Translations under genes and position numbers: made by a program
DNA from: Planctopirus limnophila DSM 3776
Lineage (GTDB): Bacteria; Planctomycetota; Planctomycetia; Planctomycetales; Planctomycetaceae
Length of the DNA: 32,000 nucleotides
Assembly: GCF_000092105.1 (NCBI RefSeq)
Contig: NC_014149.1
Span: 1-32,000, forward strand
Direction of reading: 5' to 3'
Shown: positions 1 to 9,042 of the stretch, one piece after another
How positions within the stretch are numbered: the stretch's first letter is position 1
Layout: each line of letters begins with the position of its first letter
The notes under the pieces: generated by a model
The model's input: only the letters and a program-made list of their open reading frames with translations
What the model was told of the DNA's origin: nothing
The model's database searches: none

Positions 1-20
1 CCCTCCGTTATGAGGCCAAC
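1..20. repeat. Inverted-repeat partner of 20189-20208 (16-nt exact core, positions 5-20)
   Basis: The reverse complement of 1-20 is GTTGGCCTCATAACGGAGGG. Positions 20189-20208 read GTTGGCCTCATAACGGGAGG. The first 16 nt are identical. The repeat may continue beyond the left window edge. Confidence 0.7.
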
Positions 21-1133
21 ATGCTGAAGTTCATTTTGTCGTTCTTGGCAACCTTGTGGGCGAATCAGAAAGTCCGCTCGATCGTGAAGTCCGGCGGCCT
101 GACGCTGACCGGGATTGCCGCTGCAGCCCTGGCTGGCTCACTGGTCAACCTCGATACTCGTTGGATCGTTGCAGTCACCGCAGTGACTCCATTTTTAATC
201 AACGTCCTTCTAAAGATGTACCCAAGTGATGGAGACGACACGAACGGCGATTCTTTGAATGATTATGTTCAGATCGCAATCAAGAAGTGGCTTGAAGGAC
301 TGGATTCCGGGAAGGTCTCGATCGACGATGCAAGAAAGCTCAATTCTTGGATCGATGATCTTTTCAAAAAGACGCCCATGATCCTGTTATGTGGCCTGCC
401 ATTCCTACTGGCTGGTTGTGACTATAGCGGCCCGACTCAGGCACCTCGCGTGGTCATCAGCGGGCCCACAACTGGCGTGCCTGGTGAGCTGCTGTTGCTC
501 GATGCCAGCGCGACCGAAAACAGCCCTCAGCATTTTCGCTGGACGATTTCGCCCGCATTGCCCGGCCGCCAGCAGCTCATCGTCCAAGACGGTGGCAAGC
601 GGTGTTTTGTCGCCGGTTACCCGGGCTCGTTCGTCGTGACCTGTTCGGCCAGCAATCGGGCGGGCGTGGATACGTTGACCCATGCGATCACAACGCCTGG
701 CACGCCGCCAGGGCCGCCGCCTGCTCCAATCGTGCCAAAGCCCGACCCAACGCCGAACATCACTCCACAGCCCAAGCCTGAGCCTCCTACGCCTCCAGCT
801 CCTGCCCCCGAACCAATCGCCAAAACCTTTGGCATCGGTCCAGCGATCACGGACGTGGCCAGGTCGATCAATTCGCCGGATCGATCAGGGACCTGCAGGA
901 GGCTGGCCAGTGAGGCCCGCAGAGTGGCCGAGGACAAGAACCTGAAGACTCAGGCAGCCATCCTCACGGCGGCCATGAAGCCTATCGGTGCTCTGGGCAG
1001 CGAATGGCAGCCCCTGAAAGACCTGCTCAAGTCTCAAATCACCAAGCTCTATGGCGATGGCAAGCTGGTCACGAATGACGACTACATCGCCCTGCTCAAC
1101 GAGGTTGCGAAAGCCCTCGACGCCGCTGCCTGA
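21..1133 (+). CDS. Multi-pass membrane protein with an Ig/PKD-like extracytoplasmic domain, Pro-rich linker and helical C-terminus (function unknown)
   Basis: ATG at 21 with GAGG 6 nt upstream. Three N-terminal hydrophobic segments, then a fourth segment MILLCGLPFLLAGC with a lipobox-like LAGC (in-frame ATG at 378). A beta-rich PKD-like stretch and a PxP-rich linker follow. The frame is also open to the window edge, so the 5' end is uncertain. Confidence 0.5.
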   Translation: MLKFILSFLATLWANQKVRSIVKSGGLTLTGIAAAALAGSLVNLDTRWIVAVTAVTPFLINVLLKMYPSDGDDTNGDSLNDYVQIAIKKWLEGLDSGKVSIDDARKLNSWIDDLFKKTPMILLCGLPFLLAGCDYSGPTQAPRVVISGPTTGVPGELLLLDASATENSPQHFRWTISPALPGRQQLIVQDGGKRCFVAGYPGSFVVTCSASNRAGVDTLTHAITTPGTPPGPPPAPIVPKPDPTPNITPQPKPEPPTPPAPAPEPIAKTFGIGPAITDVARSINSPDRSGTCRRLASEARRVAEDKNLKTQAAILTAAMKPIGALGSEWQPLKDLLKSQITKLYGDGKLVTNDDYIALLNEVAKALDAAA

Positions 1134-1183
1134 GACGTTTCCCTTTTCGTTTGAGACGATCTTCATCTTTTGTGAGACGATCC

Positions 1184-2218
1184 ATGCCAGTCTGGCTCAT
1201 TCGGCTGATCATCACGTTAATCATCAGCTCACTGCTCTGCGTGGCAGTTGGTGCTATCGGCCTGCTCATGCCTGGCACGCCTCCTGTCAACTACGGCCTG
1301 GCCGCTGGCTGGCGTGAATCATTTGCCGAGGTGCTCAGGGAAACGCCAAGGTCTTTCTCGGACGTCATCGGCGAATCGAGCGACGCGGCCTCGAAGGATG
1401 TGCGGCTGTATCGGGCCGCTCTGTTCGTGGAAAGCCCTGCAAAGCCCTTTGGTCAGCAATTCCGCACGATCAACCAAGGGACTGGTGATTGTGTCGCTCA
1501 GGGCGTTCGAACAGCCCTTCGCACCACGATGAGCGTCAAGGCGGCCAAAGGAGAGCGAAAGGTCGTCGAACCTTTCGCCCCGTACATCTTCGGCACGACT
1601 CGCAAGCTGGTCTCGAGATGGCCATGCGGTGCCGCTGGGGCTGATCCATCGGCCGCGATGGTCGCATTTGAGCAATACGGCATTGTCACGGAGGAAGAAG
1701 CTGGTGTGCCCTATAGCGGAGCCTTGGCCAACCGCTGGGCCTGCACCGGGCCGCCTGATGCCCTTTTGAAGATCGGTAAGCAACGAGCGGGTTCTTCTTT
1801 CCCGATCAGATCGGCCGAGGAGCTCTGTCAGGCGATTAACAACGGCTACGCCTGCACCTGGGCGACCGGAATGAAGCCAGCCCGCTACGAAGAACGCGAC
1901 GGCCGCTGGGTCGTCACGCGTTGGGGCGGTTGGGCTCACCAGATGGCCATTACCGACTTCGACGGCTCGCGCTCTTCCGATTTATCTCGGAAGTATTTCA
2001 ACGTATGGAACTCGCACAGCGAAGACCCCCGGATCAGTGGTCATCCCTTGCCGCTTGGCGATGAGCCACCCGGTAGTTTTTGGATGACATGGAAAGACAT
2101 CGACCGATTCATCAAGTCCGGTGATTCGGTCGTCTATGCCATTTCCGACGTTCAAGGCTTCGAGGCTGACGACGTCGGAAGCCTCCTCAAGAACCTCTTT
2201 CAGGAATCCGCAAGATGA
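1184..2218 (+). CDS. Membrane-anchored papain-like cysteine peptidase (C1/C10-like); possible endolysin-type lysis enzyme
   Basis: The ORF is open from 1151 (TTG), and ATG 1184 gives MPVWLIRLII with an N-terminal TM anchor. It has a GTGDCVAQG nucleophile-like motif, a WGGWAHQMAITDFDG His motif and NVWNSH, which together resemble the streptopain/papain Cys-His-Asn arrangement. Confidence 0.5.
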   Translation: MPVWLIRLIITLIISSLLCVAVGAIGLLMPGTPPVNYGLAAGWRESFAEVLRETPRSFSDVIGESSDAASKDVRLYRAALFVESPAKPFGQQFRTINQGTGDCVAQGVRTALRTTMSVKAAKGERKVVEPFAPYIFGTTRKLVSRWPCGAAGADPSAAMVAFEQYGIVTEEEAGVPYSGALANRWACTGPPDALLKIGKQRAGSSFPIRSAEELCQAINNGYACTWATGMKPARYEERDGRWVVTRWGGWAHQMAITDFDGSRSSDLSRKYFNVWNSHSEDPRISGHPLPLGDEPPGSFWMTWKDIDRFIKSGDSVVYAISDVQGFEADDVGSLLKNLFQESAR

Positions 2219-2622
2219 ACGGGAACAAACTCTGCTTTTGGCTGCTCGTGTTGGCTGGCACAGCGATCTTGTTTGCGGTCGCTCACTACACCGAGGCCAA
2301 CGACCGCTCTCCGTTGGCAGCACTCGATTGCCTGGAATGTGGTCATGGCGAGGATGTGCTCGCGGCTCTCGATACGCTTAATCGACCCGTGAGCAGTCAG
2401 CCGGTGATTGATCGTCAGGAGCTGGACTCGGTCTTGTCGATGCTTGATGCGCCGCGAGCGAGCAAGCCAACGCCTGGCACGCCACCCGTCAATGCGGCCA
2501 AGCCCAACCCTGTAACGCCTCCGCCGCCTCCAGTCGTCCCTCAGTACCTCAGGCAGCCGGTGTTGAATCAACCTCAGCTCAAGCTGAGATGCACTCGCAA
2601 CGGTTGCGTGTGGACGTACTGA
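2215..2622 (+). CDS. N-terminally anchored Pro-rich protein (spanin-like position; function unknown)
   Basis: ATGA overlap with the upstream gene. It has one N-terminal TM helix, a Pro-rich tract and C-terminal Cys residues. Its TGA stop is the first 3 nt of palindrome copy 1. Confidence 0.5.
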   Translation: MNGNKLCFWLLVLAGTAILFAVAHYTEANDRSPLAALDCLECGHGEDVLAALDTLNRPVSSQPVIDRQELDSVLSMLDAPRASKPTPGTPPVNAAKPNPVTPPPPPVVPQYLRQPVLNQPQLKLRCTRNGCVWTY

Positions 2623-2637
2623 TTTCTCCAGAAATCA
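2620..2637. repeat. Palindrome TGATTTC-N4-GAAATCA, copy 1 (spacer TCCA)
   Basis: Exact 7-bp inverted arms. It overlaps the stop codon of the 2215-2622 ORF and lies 10 nt upstream of the HNH start. Confidence 0.9.
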
Positions 2638-2647
2638 CGGGGGCCAC

Positions 2648-2950
2648 ATGCCCAACAAACCACCGACTTTTCGGGCACCTGCACCGAAGCGTAGAGAGCA
2701 GAGACCAAGCTCACACCAGCGAGGTTACACCCGTCAGTGGTCTGCCTATCGCAAGCGGTTTCTGTCACAGCACCCGCTGTGCGTGATGTGCCTTGGTAAG
2801 GGTCGATCAGTTCCTGCGACTGAAGTCGATCACATCATTGCCCATGGTGGCAACCAGTCCCTGTTCTGGGCGGCCAGCAATCACCAGCCATTGTGCAAGT
2901 CGCACCACTCAGCCAAGACCGTGGCCGAGGACGGCGGCTTTGGTCGCTGA
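2648..2950 (+). CDS. Phage HNH endonuclease (terminase-associated type)
   Basis: Motifs CVMC...VDHIIAHGGN...NHQPLCKSHHSAKT form an HNH/zinc-finger signature. Its position directly upstream of terminase matches HK97 gp74. Confidence 0.85.
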   Translation: MPNKPPTFRAPAPKRREQRPSSHQRGYTRQWSAYRKRFLSQHPLCVMCLGKGRSVPATEVDHIIAHGGNQSLFWAASNHQPLCKSHHSAKTVAEDGGFGR

Positions 2951-3081
2951 CCGACCAGCCACCCCCCCCACCCCCGGCCAGGGGGGGGAGGGGGGTCAAT
3001 TTTAGGGGTCGAACGAGTTGGCAAACCACACACTCTGGTTTTTGCGCGCGCCGTCAAGTTTTGCATAGGGGGGGGGTAACG
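2951..3081. other. Candidate cos/packaging-site region with a quasi-palindromic C8-A-C5-GGCC-A-G8-A-G6 block and a G9 tract
   Basis: Non-coding gap between the HNH and small terminase genes. C-runs at 2962-2975 face G-runs at 2981-2995 around GGCC. G9 lies at 3068-3076, just before the terS ATG. Confidence 0.35.
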
Positions 3082-3564
3082 ATGCCGAAGCGGGGCCCGA
3101 AGAAGAAACCAGCCGAGGCACATCTGGCCGCCGGGACATACCGGGAAGATCGGCATGCCACGATCAAGATGCCAGTAGATGACTTCCCGGAACCACCTGA
3201 TTGGCTCGGAGAACATGGCCTCAATGAATGGAGACGACTTCAGCCGATTCTGTCATCTCGCGGTCTGTTGACTGAGGTCGATTGGATGGCATTCTCACTC
3301 CTATGTCAGGCATGGCATGACTACATCGAAGCCACTCAAAAAGTCGCAGCAGAAGGCATCATCGCGATCGGCGGTGGCGAAAACGGATCCGAGTACCAAG
3401 CCCCAGCAGTCGGGGTCGCGAACAAAGCCTGGCAACGAGTCATCAAGGGGTGCCAAGAATTCGGCTGCACGCCCTCCGCGAGGACAGGCATCGTCCCCAA
3501 AGGTGGCGATGGATCCGAGGGTGAAGGATCGGATCAAAAGGCTAGAGGGGTTGTTGGGTTCTGA
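3082..3564 (+). CDS. terS: Terminase small subunit (P27-family-like)
   Basis: MPKRGPKKKPAEAHLAAGTYREDRH resembles the P27-family N-terminus. The gene precedes the large terminase. I discount the ORF extension upstream through the poly-G/C block. Confidence 0.8.
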   Translation: MPKRGPKKKPAEAHLAAGTYREDRHATIKMPVDDFPEPPDWLGEHGLNEWRRLQPILSSRGLLTEVDWMAFSLLCQAWHDYIEATQKVAAEGIIAIGGGENGSEYQAPAVGVANKAWQRVIKGCQEFGCTPSARTGIVPKGGDGSEGEGSDQKARGVVGF

Positions 3565-5182
3565 GCGACCCAAAGGCAAGCTCGAAAAGGCTTGCATCAA
3601 AAGACAGATCGATGATCTGAAACATGGCCATAAGCGAGGGCTGGTCTGGAATGAAGACGAAGCCCAGCGGGCTATCGACTTCTATCAATTCCTCTGCCAC
3701 TGGAAAGGGGAGTGGGCAGGCAAGCCACTCGACCTGGAGCTGTGGCAACAAGAGTTGATCATTGCTCCGATCTTCGGCTGGTATCTGCAGGACGGCAGCC
3801 GCCGATTCCGTACGGGATACATTGAGATCCCTCGCAAGAATGGCAAGACCACGATCGCTGCAGGCATCGCCCTGCGAGGTCTGACTGCCGATCTCGAAAG
3901 CGGTGCCGAAGTCTATTGTGCAGCGACAAAGCGAGATCAGGCCAAGCTGCTCTTCCGTGATGCGACGAACTTCATCCGCAAAGCCGAATATCTCAAGAGG
4001 CGGCTGAAGATCCAGAAGCATGCTCTCCTTTGCCCCAAGCTGAGCAGCTCACTGGTACCGCTGTCGAGTGATGCAAACACGCTCGATGGATTGAACCCAC
4101 ACATGACTGTTGTGGACGAGCTGCACGCTCACCGCACACGTGACCTGTGGGACGTCATGGCCACAGCCTCTGGCAGCCGGAACCGTTCTCTGCTGCTGGC
4201 GATCACAACGGCTGGTCACGACCGCACCTCCGTTTGCTGGGAGCAGCGAGATTACAGCCAAAAGCTGCTGACGGGATCGATTGAGGACGATAGCTATTTC
4301 TGCTTCATCGCATGTGCTGACGAGAAGGATGATCCCTTCGATCCGATGACATGGTGGAAGGCAAATCCCAATCTCGACATCAGCCTCAAGCGGACGTTTA
4401 TTGAGAATCAGGCCCGCAAAGCCAAGGCCTCACCCAGTTACGAGAACACCTTTCGTCGGCTGCATCTCAATCAATGGACTGAGGCTGAGACACGCTGGCT
4501 GAAGATGTCCGACTGGGCCAAGGCGGCTGAGGAATTTGACTTGTCCTGGCTGGTCGGTGAGCGATGCTTCGCGGGCCTTGATCTCTCCAAGGTCAACGAC
4601 ACGAGTGCCTTGGTTCTGGTCACTGAGATCGATGGCGACTGGTATCTCGTTCCGTGGTTCTGGATCCCGGGCGACAATGCTTTCCGTCGAGAGGCAGAGC
4701 ATCAGGTGCCATACACCGTCTGGCAGCGATCGGGACATATCCATTTCACCGATGGGGATGTCGTGGACTACAGCTGGATCGGCAAGACCCTCATGGAGAT
4801 TGCCGGCACGGTGCAGCTGGAGGGCGTTGCCTATGACCCGTACAACGCCAGCCACTTCGCTCAGCAGATGATTGGCGAAGGTCTGCCGATGGTCGAGTTT
4901 CCCCAGAGCTGGCGGAACCTGGCTGATGCGACCAGTGAGTTCGAGAAGCTCCTCGTCTCTGGCAACTTGCATCACAACAACAACCCGGTGTTCAACTGGC
5001 AGGCCGGGAATGTCTCAGTCAGGCGCAACCCTTCCGGTCAGATTAGACCAGCGAAACCAATGTCAGAGGACGCCAAGAAGATTGACGGGATTGCAGCTGC
5101 CATCATGGGTCTGGCACTGGCCACTCGTAGTCAGCAGGCATCACCATCGGTCTACGAGACACGAGGATTCGTCACGCTGTGA
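3509..5182 (+). CDS. terL: Terminase large subunit (HK97/Terminase_1 type)
   Basis: Walker A motif IPRKNGKTT, then YCAATKRDQA and a C-terminal nuclease-like region. The start at ATG 3509 is chosen over ORF start 3317 because 3317-3508 overlaps terS out of frame. Confidence 0.9.
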   Translation: MDPRVKDRIKRLEGLLGSERPKGKLEKACIKRQIDDLKHGHKRGLVWNEDEAQRAIDFYQFLCHWKGEWAGKPLDLELWQQELIIAPIFGWYLQDGSRRFRTGYIEIPRKNGKTTIAAGIALRGLTADLESGAEVYCAATKRDQAKLLFRDATNFIRKAEYLKRRLKIQKHALLCPKLSSSLVPLSSDANTLDGLNPHMTVVDELHAHRTRDLWDVMATASGSRNRSLLLAITTAGHDRTSVCWEQRDYSQKLLTGSIEDDSYFCFIACADEKDDPFDPMTWWKANPNLDISLKRTFIENQARKAKASPSYENTFRRLHLNQWTEAETRWLKMSDWAKAAEEFDLSWLVGERCFAGLDLSKVNDTSALVLVTEIDGDWYLVPWFWIPGDNAFRREAEHQVPYTVWQRSGHIHFTDGDVVDYSWIGKTLMEIAGTVQLEGVAYDPYNASHFAQQMIGEGLPMVEFPQSWRNLADATSEFEKLLVSGNLHHNNNPVFNWQAGNVSVRRNPSGQIRPAKPMSEDAKKIDGIAAAIMGLALATRSQQASPSVYETRGFVTL

Positions 5183-6813
5183 ACCCTTTTAACTTCGCCG
5201 TCAACACGTCGCAGGTGACCAACACGGAAGTCACTGGCAATCCCGAGAATCCCGCAGTGCCCCTCGATCCGGATGCGTGGGAGGATCTCGGATGGCTCGG
5301 CCGCATGACCGATGCCGGCGTACGGGTGAATCACGAAAACTGCATCGGTCACCCTCCACTTTGGCGAGCGGTCAACCTGATTGCCGGAGACGTGGCCAAG
5401 CTCCCACTCAATGTCTATCGCCGAACTCAAGGCGGTCACGAGCGGGACAAAGATCACCACGCCAACTGGCTGCTGAGGCACAAGGTCAACGACTACATCC
5501 TCAGTTATGTGTTCAAGAAAACCTTGACGTTCCACTCGCTGTTGCATGGGCAGGGATTCGCCTACATCCATCGCGAGGGCACAGTTCCCAAGCAACTCGT
5601 ACCGCTGAATCCTGAGACAACAGAGCCTGTCGTCATCGGCGGGAACTTGTTCTATGGCGTGACCATCAACGGAAATAAGCGACGACTGCACGCGACGGAT
5701 GTGCTGCACATCAAAGGGATCTCGTTCGATGGCATCGAAGGCATTGATGTCATTCAGGTCATGGCTCAGGCACTGGCTTTGGGAATCGCAGCCCAGAAGT
5801 ACGGGGCCAAGTTTTTCGGCTCCGGTGCTAAGGCGGGCGGAATCCTGATGCTGCCTCCGGGCCTGAAGCCGTCTGCCCGAAAGCAACGTGAGGAGGAGTG
5901 GAAGAAAGAGCAGGAAGGCCTCGACAATGCCTTCAAGTCCATGCTGCTGGAAGATGGTGCCAAGTGGATCCAGAACACGATCACACCTGAGCAGGGTCAG
6001 TTCCTGCAGACCCGACAGTTCGAGGCCATTCAAGTCGCCAATGTTCTTGGGGTGCCACCACACAAGATCGGCGACAATGGCAAGGTCTCTTACAACTCGC
6101 TTGAGCAGGAGAACAAGAGTTACCTGCAGGACTGCCTCGATCACTGGCTGGTCATGTGGGAGCAGGAATGTTGGGACAAACTTCTCACCGAGAACGAGAA
6201 GCGAAACGACACGCACTTTGTCGAGTTCAATCGGTCGGCATTGCAGCGAACGGATGAGAAGACAGAAGTCGAATCACTGGAGAGACAGGTCAACTGCGGG
6301 ATGCTGCTGCTCAATGAAGCGCGGGCGATCCGCAACCTGCCACCAGTGGAAGGCGGCGATCGGCCACGCATGCCCTCGAACATCATCTTCACCGATGCGA
6401 AGCAGCTCGAAGCGAAACCTGCGGCTGCCACCAATGCTGGGGAGAGAATCGCTCAGTCGATCCAGAACGCACTCAATGATCGGATCGATCGACTGCTCGA
6501 AGTGGAGCAGGCGGTTCGATCAAAGGCGAACTGCTCGATCGATCTGCTGACTCAGCATGGTCGCAAGCTGGCCAGTGCTGTGATTCCTGTGCTGGATATT
6601 TATGCCGCCAGCCAGGGCAAGATCCTTGACGCTGACAAGACCACGGCTGCCATCGTGGCCGATTGTGTCAGCTATCAGGCTGCAGAGAACTGGCACACGT
6701 CTCGACGCAATCATCTCGCCACCTTTTTGAAAGGCCTCGTGAATGGATCCCATCCTGAAGAAACTGGAAGAGCTGCGGGCGAAGCAGAACAAGCTGGCGA
6801 AACCCAGCCGTAA
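5179..6813 (+). CDS. Portal protein (HK97 family)
   Basis: GTGA overlap with the terL stop. The N-terminal PLWRAVNLIAGDVAKLPLNVYRR motif is portal-like, and the gene lies between terminase and protease. Confidence 0.85.
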   Translation: MNPFNFAVNTSQVTNTEVTGNPENPAVPLDPDAWEDLGWLGRMTDAGVRVNHENCIGHPPLWRAVNLIAGDVAKLPLNVYRRTQGGHERDKDHHANWLLRHKVNDYILSYVFKKTLTFHSLLHGQGFAYIHREGTVPKQLVPLNPETTEPVVIGGNLFYGVTINGNKRRLHATDVLHIKGISFDGIEGIDVIQVMAQALALGIAAQKYGAKFFGSGAKAGGILMLPPGLKPSARKQREEEWKKEQEGLDNAFKSMLLEDGAKWIQNTITPEQGQFLQTRQFEAIQVANVLGVPPHKIGDNGKVSYNSLEQENKSYLQDCLDHWLVMWEQECWDKLLTENEKRNDTHFVEFNRSALQRTDEKTEVESLERQVNCGMLLLNEARAIRNLPPVEGGDRPRMPSNIIFTDAKQLEAKPAAATNAGERIAQSIQNALNDRIDRLLEVEQAVRSKANCSIDLLTQHGRKLASAVIPVLDIYAASQGKILDADKTTAAIVADCVSYQAAENWHTSRRNHLATFLKGLVNGSHPEETGRAAGEAEQAGETQP

Positions 6814-7429
6814 GAATGCCGGCGAGAATGAGATCTACGTCTATGACGTGATCGGGCCTGCCGACTGGGGGTACTTCGGCGCAGCCACGATGAAAGATGA
6901 GCTGAAGAATCTGGGTTCTGATGTGACCGAGGTTGTCATCAGAATCAATTCTGTTGGCGGCTATGTGGGCGAGGCCTCAGCGATTTACCAACTGCTCAAG
7001 GAACATCCCGCCAACATCCACGTCAAGATCGATGGCGAGGCGATCTCGTGTGCGAGCTGGATCGCCATGGCTGGCGACAAGATCACGATTGCCGAGCATG
7101 GACTCATGATGGTTCATGACCCCAGCACATGGATCTCGGGGACTGCTGACGATCTCCGGAAAGAGGCTGAGGTGCTCGACTCGTACAAGGAAGTCATTGC
7201 CGGCATCTATGCGGCTCGCAGCGGCACAGACGTGGAGGACGTCAAGAAGATGATGTCTGACGAAACCTGGATGACGGCCACGCAGGCCAAAGATAAGGGA
7301 TTCGTTGACGAAATCTCGGCCAACAAGTCGAAGCCCGAAGCCACCAACTTCAAGGCTGTCCACATCGCGAACTGGCAGATGGAAAACATCCGCCGCAGGC
7401 AGCAGCTCATTGAAGCGGCCAACGCCTGA
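6743..7429 (+). CDS. Prohead maturation protease, ClpP-like (S14)
   Basis: Motifs INSVGGYVGEASAIY and GEAISCASWIAMAGD...MMVHDP match the ClpP-type serine protease pattern. It overlaps the portal 3' end by 71 nt. Confidence 0.85.
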   Translation: MDPILKKLEELRAKQNKLAKPSRKNAGENEIYVYDVIGPADWGYFGAATMKDELKNLGSDVTEVVIRINSVGGYVGEASAIYQLLKEHPANIHVKIDGEAISCASWIAMAGDKITIAEHGLMMVHDPSTWISGTADDLRKEAEVLDSYKEVIAGIYAARSGTDVEDVKKMMSDETWMTATQAKDKGFVDEISANKSKPEATNFKAVHIANWQMENIRRRQQLIEAANA

Positions 7430-7587
7430 GGCGCAACAGATCCGGTCAGGTTATTGACGAACAACTCCTGTCCTCCTGTCAGTGCAGAGCGTGCCCAGTC
7501 ATGCCGAGGCACTGGCAGGTGCTCACAGGTTGAGGCCAAGTCCTCGATCTGCGACGGAGCGATGATGCCACGTGTCCTGAGAGATGG

Positions 7588-8910
7588 ATGCCCACGATGA
7601 CGATGAAAGAACTTCAGGAAAAGCGGAACAACCTGATTGCTGAATCCCGAAAGATTCTCGACAAGGCCGATTCCGAAAAGCGAGTGATGGATTCTGCTGA
7701 GAAGGCCCAGTGGGACAAGATGAATGCCGAGATAAGTGAACTCGGCGCTCACATGCGCCGCATGAATCGGCAGAAGAAAAACGAAGCAAGAACGAAGGAG
7801 CTTTTGGAGAACAACGATCTGGGTCCCAGCCAGGTCGGCAATCGTAACAATCGCAAGCCAGGCAACGAGCCAGTCAACTTCAATGATCTGGTGTCTGGCT
7901 GGGTGAGGATGGCCACGGGCCGCCGTATCACAAATGCCCAGAAGAAAGCTCTTCAAAACCGCTCCGCAAAGATCAATGGTCGCGAGGCCTATATTCCGCT
8001 TCACAAGAACTTCAACGAAGTAAAGCGGGCTGTCAACGTTCTGACCACTGGAACTGGTTCCAGTGGTGGCTACACGATTCCCGAAGGGTTTATTGCCGCC
8101 CTTGAAGTTGCCATGCTCACTTTCGATCCGGTCTCCGCGGTCGCAGATGTCTGGCGTACAAGTGCCGGTAATCCTACTCCCTGGCCAACTGGTTCTGACA
8201 CAGCGAACTCAGGGGAGCAGTTGGGAGAATCGACGTCGTTTGGCGCAAGCGTAGACCCCACTATGGGCGTGGTGCTGTTCGGTGCCTACAAGTTCAGCTC
8301 AAAGCCAATCATGGTTCCTTACGAGCTGCTTGAAGACACTGGTGTCAACCTGACTCAGCAACTCGGTACCTGGTTGGGTGAACGACTCGGTCGGATCAAG
8401 GCTCTGCGAAACACGCTGGGCAACGGGACGACTCAACCCCAAGGGATTGTCACCGGTTCAGTGCTGGGTCACACCGCCGCGGATGATGTGACAATCAGCT
8501 TCGACGACGTGATCAGGCTGGAGCACTCGGTGCCTCGCGCCTACCGAATGAATGCCGGGTACATGTGCAACGATGCCGTGTCGCTGGCATTGCGTCTCTT
8601 GAAGGATTCGCAAGGGCGTTACCTGTGGCAGGCCTCGGCCAATGCCGGGATGCCAGACCTGCTCAACAACCGGCCGCTGACGATCAACGACAACATGACC
8701 GGCACGATTGCAGCCAGTGCCAAGACCATGCTGTGCGGTGATTTCAGCAAGTTCAAGATTCGCGAAGTCGGCACCATCCGATTGAAGCGGCTGCAGGAAC
8801 GCTATGCCGAACTGGATCAAGAAGCCTTCATTGGCTTCGAACGCATGGACTCCAAAGTCCTTGATGCCGGTGCCGGTCCGATCCGTCACCTGATTCAGGC
8901 TGCCAGCTAA
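7588..8910 (+). CDS. Major capsid protein, HK97 family (with N-terminal delta/scaffold-like coiled coil)
   Basis: N-terminal MKELQEKRNNLIAESRKILDKA coiled coil and an SGGYTIPEGF motif. Its size and its position after the protease also fit. Confidence 0.9.
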   Translation: MPTMTMKELQEKRNNLIAESRKILDKADSEKRVMDSAEKAQWDKMNAEISELGAHMRRMNRQKKNEARTKELLENNDLGPSQVGNRNNRKPGNEPVNFNDLVSGWVRMATGRRITNAQKKALQNRSAKINGREAYIPLHKNFNEVKRAVNVLTTGTGSSGGYTIPEGFIAALEVAMLTFDPVSAVADVWRTSAGNPTPWPTGSDTANSGEQLGESTSFGASVDPTMGVVLFGAYKFSSKPIMVPYELLEDTGVNLTQQLGTWLGERLGRIKALRNTLGNGTTQPQGIVTGSVLGHTAADDVTISFDDVIRLEHSVPRAYRMNAGYMCNDAVSLALRLLKDSQGRYLWQASANAGMPDLLNNRPLTINDNMTGTIAASAKTMLCGDFSKFKIREVGTIRLKRLQERYAELDQEAFIGFERMDSKVLDAGAGPIRHLIQAAS

Positions 8911-8941
8911 TTTTGTGAAGCCGGTTCGCCGGCATGGATGA

Positions 8942-8979
8942 GGGGGCCAGGTTGAGGCCTGGCCCCCATTTCTCTTTCT
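8942..8979 (+). terminator. Intrinsic terminator after the capsid gene
   Basis: A 10-bp GC stem GGGGGCCAGG/CCTGGCCCCC (8942-8951 and 8958-8967) is followed by the T-rich ATTTCTCTTTCT. Confidence 0.75.
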
Positions 8980-8989
8980 GATCACTCAC

Positions 8990-9007
8990 TGATTTCTGCA
9001 GAAATCA
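8990..9007. repeat. Palindrome TGATTTC-N4-GAAATCA, copy 2 (spacer TGCA; perfect 20-bp palindrome 8989-9008)
   Basis: Exact arms. It sits between the capsid terminator and the next gene. Confidence 0.9.
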
Positions 9008-9042
9008 GCCTGACCGATTCACCCTGTCTGAGGATTTCCGCA

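Noticed and set aside
690-830. The proline-codon-rich stretch as a DNA tandem repeat.
   Set aside because: It has no fixed period at the nucleotide level. It is a low-complexity PxP protein linker within the 21-1133 ORF.
3317-3508. N-terminal extensions of the terL ORF (from 3317) and the terS ORF (from 2893).
   Set aside because: The terL extension overlaps terS out of frame and is low-complexity Ser/Lys/Pro. The terS extension is read through the poly-G/C block (PPPPPP, GGRG). Internal ATGs at 3509 and 3082 give canonical N-termini.
7430-7587. A sigma70-like promoter (TTGACG at 7455) and the short TCCTGTC direct repeat in the protease-capsid gap.
   Set aside because: No acceptable -10 hexamer lies at the proper spacing, and the repeat is too short to separate from chance. 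I report no promoters because none can be supported from the sequence alone.
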